Virus record (IMG/VR): IMGVR_UViG_3300029305_012101 | Source: an uncultured virus (IMG/VR IMGVR_UViG_3300029305_012101) | Lineage: Duplodnaviria > Heunggongvirae > Uroviricota > Caudoviricetes | Reading direction: 5' to 3' (one strand) | Length of the DNA: 20,000 nt | Shown here: positions 16,187-20,000 of the stretch, piece by piece | Layout: each line of letters begins with the position of its first letter | Numbering within the stretch: the first letter of the stretch is position 1 | The notes under the pieces: model-generated | What the model was told of the DNA's origin: nothing | What the model saw: only the letters and a program-made list of their open reading frames with translations | Database searches by the model: none | Position numbers and translations under genes: made by a program

Positions 16187-17323
16187 ATGACTAACAGTAT
16201 CAAGTTTTTCTGGAACGGCATTCGTGTCAACGGTGAAAAGAGCCTGATCAAGGTGAGCTACAGCCTGGACAACCACCGGGATCACGCTGAGTGCGTGACC
16301 ATCTACGCCGATGGCTACGGCAGCCGGCTGCCCCGGGACGTCTTCGAGGTCCACAATGAGACCGACCTCTACACCGACTACTTCGAAAACGACAGAGCGG
16401 TTCTGACTCCCGCCCATCCCCTTTACAAGTACGCCCGGTATGCTGCGGTGAAGGCCAAGATCCACGACCTGAAGGGCTACATCAAGTACAAAACGTATTA
16501 TATGGAGAAAAATCCTCAGATGGCCGCCAGATACAATTATGCTGACGAGATCAACCGCAGCATGAAGGAGCTGGCTGAGCTGGAAGCCATCAAAAATCCC
16601 GGCCATCCCACTGCCGAGGATCTGGCTGAGATCGCCCGGGTCCGCATGGAGGCTGAGAACGCCCGGATTGCTGCCGAGCATGAGGCTGAGCTGAAGGCCC
16701 GCGAGGAGCGCCAGCGGAAGCAGAATGAGGGCCGCCGCTTCATCGAGAAGGTTGCCCAGGAGCACCCGATCTGCGAGGGTGAGCCCGTCGTGACCATCAA
16801 CTGGAGCGAGCATCCCGCCTTCTACAGCTGGGAGGATGGCGAACTGAAGCTGTCTGTGGCCGCTGCTGAGATCATCCTGACCCACTTTGACAAGGAAGTC
16901 CACGCGGATGGGGACCGCGGCTACGACAAGACCTCTTTCACCATCGAGTTTGTGAACGAGGACGGCGAGCAGGACACCTACGAGGGGCGCTATGATCTGG
17001 GCGACAACGATGGCGGCATGATCGAGCACATCCGCGCCTGGGGCCGTTTCCTCCTTGAAAAAGGCAGCTACGGCAACGGCAAGCCCACCGAGGACGACAT
17101 CGAGACCGGCCGGGCGATCATCCGTTTCGCCGACTTCCTGGCCCGTCACGCCGATGTGGACTCCATGAGCGACGAGGATCTGATGGTGGAGGTGCTGAAG
17201 ATCAGCCCGAACGACATCACGAGGAGACCTCTGGCTGAGTTTTACATCACGGTTCTGTCCCGCCGGGACATCCGGCTGGCCAGGGAGGCATACAGAATGT
17301 GGAAGAAGGAGGCGCTGGCATGA
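16187..17323 (+). CDS. Multidomain accessory protein with LPD25-like (large polyvalent protein-associated) domain
   Basis: ATG 16187 after GGGAGG; PVVTINWSEHP...GYDKTSFTIEF...TYEGRYDLGDNDGGMIEHIR resembles LPD25; central coiled coil; N-terminal domain unknown. Confidence 0.65.
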   Translation: MTNSIKFFWNGIRVNGEKSLIKVSYSLDNHRDHAECVTIYADGYGSRLPRDVFEVHNETDLYTDYFENDRAVLTPAHPLYKYARYAAVKAKIHDLKGYIKYKTYYMEKNPQMAARYNYADEINRSMKELAELEAIKNPGHPTAEDLAEIARVRMEAENARIAAEHEAELKAREERQRKQNEGRRFIEKVAQEHPICEGEPVVTINWSEHPAFYSWEDGELKLSVAAAEIILTHFDKEVHADGDRGYDKTSFTIEFVNEDGEQDTYEGRYDLGDNDGGMIEHIRAWGRFLLEKGSYGNGKPTEDDIETGRAIIRFADFLARHADVDSMSDEDLMVEVLKISPNDITRRPLAEFYITVLSRRDIRLAREAYRMWKKEALA

Positions 17324-17739
17324 AGATCTACAAGAAAGCGGAATGGGAGCGGGAGCAGTACAAGGGACGATGGGAGCCTTCTCCCTTCCTCCTGGACCGT
17401 GTAGAGGCGGGGGAAGTCCCCGCCGGCTACATCGGCCGCCGGAACGTCATGGTGGGCGGAGAGCACGGCGCGACGCTGCTGACTGAGGGAGTCCACTTCC
17501 TGGTGGAGGGTGAGTACGACCAGCTCCCCCACCTGGAAAAGGCCAACGCCATGGAGGGCGCCTGCTACAGTTTCGCCGGCGGCTACATCCAGGTGACGAA
17601 GCTGTGGCGCCTGAGCGAGGAAGAGGCGAAGAGAGAGGATCTGTACTATCTGGATCGGGTCAGCTTTATGCAGTACGCCAAGTGGGGCACCATTCCCGGC
17701 GGCTGCGCCCTGGTTGGCAGCGATGTCCGGGAAGGTTGA
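17320..17739 (+). CDS. Hypothetical protein (139 aa)
   Basis: AAGGAGG RBS and ATGA overlap with the upstream stop; coding-like codon usage. Confidence 0.7.
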   Translation: MKIYKKAEWEREQYKGRWEPSPFLLDRVEAGEVPAGYIGRRNVMVGGEHGATLLTEGVHFLVEGEYDQLPHLEKANAMEGACYSFAGGYIQVTKLWRLSEEEAKREDLYYLDRVSFMQYAKWGTIPGGCALVGSDVREG

Positions 17740-17765
17740 GAAACTACAAAACAGGAGGAATTGCC

Positions 17766-18395
17766 ATGAATGCTGAGACAATGCTGAAAAAGATTCACCA
17801 GATCGCTGATCTGTACCATCCTGAGATCGCAGAAACACCTGAATTTCAGGATCTGGCCCAAAATTTGCGCGAGGAGATCGCGCTGGCCGAGCAGAAGAAG
17901 ACCGGGAAGGCGGATCGCTTCAAGGCAGCCCTCCGCCTCTCCAAGTGGGTCAATCGGGAGTTCCGGGCCACCCGCCCGGCCATGGCCGGCGCATACACCG
18001 ACGCCCATGGCGCCCAGTGGATCTTCCACTCCTACATCGGCGTCCGCTATGACAAGCCCTATGACGGCCTGGTGGAGGCCGAGGAGGGTATGCGGCCCGC
18101 CAATGCGGAGCAGATCATGTCCACCTATGACAGCCTCCGTCCGGTGAGTTTGCCGGATGTGGGAGTGTTGAAAACCAAGCTGAAGCTGGACAAGGCCCAG
18201 GGCGATGTGGATGATCGCGGCCGGAGCTACACCAAACTGGACGGCGTCTACTTCGACACCGATCTGCTGATCAAGCTGATGGAGTCCGTGGAGCCCACAG
18301 AGGCCTACTTCTCCAGCAAGGGGGATCACCCGATGCTGGTGGCCATGGGTGAAGGATCCCGCGGCGTGGTTTGCCCGATCCGGGTGAATGGGTAA
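17766..18395 (+). CDS. Hypothetical protein with DNA polymerase III beta-clamp-like motifs (209 aa)
   Basis: ATG 17766 after AGGAGG (ORF-track start 17604 is too early); TRPAMAGAY, YFDTDLLIKLMESV and terminal VVCPIRV echo DnaN motifs. Confidence 0.55.
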   Translation: MNAETMLKKIHQIADLYHPEIAETPEFQDLAQNLREEIALAEQKKTGKADRFKAALRLSKWVNREFRATRPAMAGAYTDAHGAQWIFHSYIGVRYDKPYDGLVEAEEGMRPANAEQIMSTYDSLRPVSLPDVGVLKTKLKLDKAQGDVDDRGRSYTKLDGVYFDTDLLIKLMESVEPTEAYFSSKGDHPMLVAMGEGSRGVVCPIRVNG

Positions 18396-18404
18396 GGAGG
18401 AAGA

Positions 18405-19154
18405 ATGGCGAAAAGAGTGCAAGAAACAGCCCGCCCGTTTACGAAGAAGATCCTGTCTCTGACCGGGCGGTTCCCGATCTGGGAGATCTGGTCCGACTTC
18501 ATCTATATGACGGCCGTGGCCATTTCCAACGCCGTGGATCCGTCCCACTTCGAGGTCAGGGAGAAGGAATACCTGAAGATCATCGGGAAATACAATGAGA
18601 AGGAGCGCATGGTATTTCCTGAGTTGCTGGGAGAGCTGGTGATGGCCCTGGAGAAGAACCAGGAGCAGGACTTCCTGGGCAGCGTGTACATGGAGCTGGA
18701 GCTGGGAAACCACTGGATCGGCCAGTTCTTCACGCCCTACAGCGTCTGTCAGCTGATGGCTGATGTCACAAGCGAGGACGCAGCCGAGCAGATCCGGGAG
18801 AAGGGCTTCATCACCATCAACGACTGCGCCTGCGGAGCCGGTGCCACGCTGATCGCCGGCATCCACAGCATCCGCAGGATCCTGGAGAAGGAGGGCCTGA
18901 ACTGGCAGGATCACCTGCTGGTGACGGCCCAGGATCTGGACATGGTGACGGGTCTGATGTGCTACATCCAGATGTCCCTCCAGGGGGCCGCCGGATATGT
19001 TAAGATCGGGAATACAATAACGGATCCCATGAATTCAGGGGACAGCCTGGAGAACTACTGGTTTACCCCGGTGTACTTTTCTCAGACCTGGGCGCTGCGG
19101 CGCCTGTTCTATGGTGCCAGCGCTGAGAAAAACAACCTCCGCCAGCCGGCTTAA
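18405..19154 (+). CDS. Short N6-adenine DNA methyltransferase-like protein (HsdM-like SAM-binding half)
   Basis: DFLGSVYMEL, GQFFTPYSVCQLMA, INDCACGAGATLIA (motif I), AQDLD, GNTI; no NPPY/F motif; AAGGAGG RBS. Confidence 0.75.
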   Translation: MAKRVQETARPFTKKILSLTGRFPIWEIWSDFIYMTAVAISNAVDPSHFEVREKEYLKIIGKYNEKERMVFPELLGELVMALEKNQEQDFLGSVYMELELGNHWIGQFFTPYSVCQLMADVTSEDAAEQIREKGFITINDCACGAGATLIAGIHSIRRILEKEGLNWQDHLLVTAQDLDMVTGLMCYIQMSLQGAAGYVKIGNTITDPMNSGDSLENYWFTPVYFSQTWALRRLFYGASAEKNNLRQPA

Positions 19155-19164
19155 ATACGAAAAT

Positions 19165-19193
19165 GCCTCTGCCGATCACGGCAGGGGCTTTTT
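19165..19193 (+). terminator. Intrinsic terminator of accessory operon
   Basis: GCCTCTGCCG-ATCA-CGGCAGGGGC-TTTTT just after the MTase-like stop. Confidence 0.85.
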
Positions 19194-19295
19194 GCTGCGC
19201 TCCGCTTTGCCTCCCGGCGCCTGCTGGAAGATCGCGGCCGGGTAATGGTGGAGGACCACCCCGGAGAAGTGGCCCTCAGAGGGGCTTAAAATGGC

Positions 19296-19328
19296 AAATA
19301 ATAAGGGGGAGCATTTTCGCTCCCCCTC
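19296..19328 (-). terminator. Intrinsic terminator for the small minus-strand gene
   Basis: AGGGGGAGC-ATTTTC-GCTCCCCCT stem followed on the minus strand by TATTATTT; lies just downstream of the 19336 stop. Confidence 0.7.
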
Positions 19329-19335
19329 TTCTTGA

Positions 19336-19494
19336 CTATTGGTTTAATCTTTCATAAAATTCTTCTTTGGAGATCATCCCCAGGCAGTACATTTCAACGA
19401 TCAGATCGATGTAGACTGTCTTTCTCTCCAGGTACTCCTCCTCAGTAATCTCACCATCCAAGTACATCCTCTCAATACGTCCGACTGTCATCAT
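19336..19494 (-). CDS. 52-aa double SHOCT-like protein (absent from ORF track)
   Basis: MMTVGRIERMYLDGEITEEEYLERKTVYIDLIVEMYCLGMISKEEFYERLNQ*; RBS AAGGAG upstream and a terminator downstream. Confidence 0.75.
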   Translation of the reverse strand: MMTVGRIERMYLDGEITEEEYLERKTVYIDLIVEMYCLGMISKEEFYERLNQ

Positions 19495-19534
19495 GGTATC
19501 GCTCCTTCCGTTGATTTGTGGGGCCGCGCCGGTA

Positions 19535-19576
19535 TGGAGATCTTAGTGATGTGTGTGAGCTGACCTACTGCCTCCA
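19535..19576. other. Putative prophage attachment junction (attR)
   Basis: M32 homology starts at the GAG (Glu) codon 19557; imperfect inverted repeat TGGAG-N4-TAG...CTA-N4-CTCCA centred on 19555/19556. Confidence 0.6.
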
Positions 19577-20000
19577 CGTCATGGTGCGCTATGAGATCGA
19601 AAAGCAGCTCATCGGCGGCACGCTGGAGGTGAAGGACGTTCCCGCGGAGTGGAACCGGCTGTACAAGGAGTATCTGGGCGTGGATGTGCCCGACGACAAG
19701 CACGGCTGCCTGCAGGACAGCCACTGGTCCGGCGGCTCCTTCGGCTACTTCCCCTCCTACGCGCTGGGCAGCGCCTATGCCGCCCAGATGCTGCGGAACA
19801 TGGAGGAAGAGGTGGACGTGTGGAACGACGCCGGCAGAGGCGATCTGACCAACATCTCCTCCTGGCTGTGGGTGAAGGTCCACCGCCACGGCGGCCTGAT
19901 GGAGCCTGCCGATGTGGTGAAAAATGCCTGCGGCGAGTTCGATCCCACGGTCTACACCGACTATCTGGAGTGGAAGTACCGCAAGCTGTACGATCTGTAA
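19557..20000 (+). pseudogene. 3' fragment of M32 (Taq-type) carboxypeptidase gene, interrupted by the prophage
   Basis: ELTYCLHVMVRYEIEK...W...YKEYLG...GCLQDSHWSGGSFGYFPSYALG..YAAQ are M32 motifs; expected upstream IR.EAD and HEXXH are missing, in-frame TGA at 19512; stop TAA at 19998-20000. Confidence 0.88.

Larger units (their letters stand above)
1..19556. mobile_element. Prophage (myovirus-type, PBSX/xkd-like tail), right-hand portion; left end lies outside the window
   Basis: Contiguous tail-baseplate-fibre-lysis gene order followed by accessory genes; phage-like sequence ends abruptly where a headless M32 carboxypeptidase reading frame begins (~19557). Confidence 0.92.

Noticed and set aside
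19525..19556. Sporulation sigma-K/E promoter for the small SHOCT-like gene (minus strand ACA-N17-CATA)
   Set aside because: The -10 lacks the conserved terminal T (CATACCGG) and the motif is too short to be significant.
144..19889. Many long minus-strand and alternative-frame ORFs (e.g. 2578..4047, 7640..8794, 15032..16012, 17646..18914, 19491..19889)
   Set aside because: Shadows of GC-rich coding genes; no RBS, no recognisable motifs, fully overlap well-supported genes.
19518..20000. 160-aa ORF as an intact gene starting at GTG 19518
   Set aside because: No RBS; first 13 codons are non-homologous prophage-side sequence; lacks the M32 N-terminal region including HEXXH.
1..20000. CRISPR array, tRNA, rRNA, IS element
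   Set aside because: No regularly spaced repeats, cloverleaf, rRNA-like sequence or transposase motifs observed.

Overview
Right-hand end of a GC-rich prophage in a Clostridia-like (probably Oscillospiraceae-type) Firmicutes host. 1-7698: PBSX/xkd-type contractile-tail module (tape-measure C-terminus, LysM XkdP-like, XkdQ-like hub, His-rich XkdR-like spike, XkdS-like, baseplate J/XkdT with a duplicated domain, XkdU-like, fibre-anchor protein). 7820-13519: an unusually fragmented series of fibre/receptor-binding genes whose C- and N-terminal peptides recur in matched pairs (candidate head-to-tail docking code), ending in an AT-rich variable tip gene, a chaperone-like gene and XkdX. 13620-15644: lysis cassette (membrane protein, two holin-like genes, CHAP-SH3 endolysin). 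15661-19193: a small HTH repressor divergent from a four-gene accessory operon (LPD25-like protein, unknown, beta-clamp-like protein, truncated N6-MTase-like protein), with near-consensus back-to-back promoters, three ACTAC-N7-GTAGT operators and a highly structured 5' leader. 19336-19494: an unannotated 52-aa double SHOCT-like gene next to the prophage boundary (~19556), where the element interrupts a host M32 carboxypeptidase gene whose 3' fragment ends the window. All family assignments come from motif recognition by eye, not database searches.
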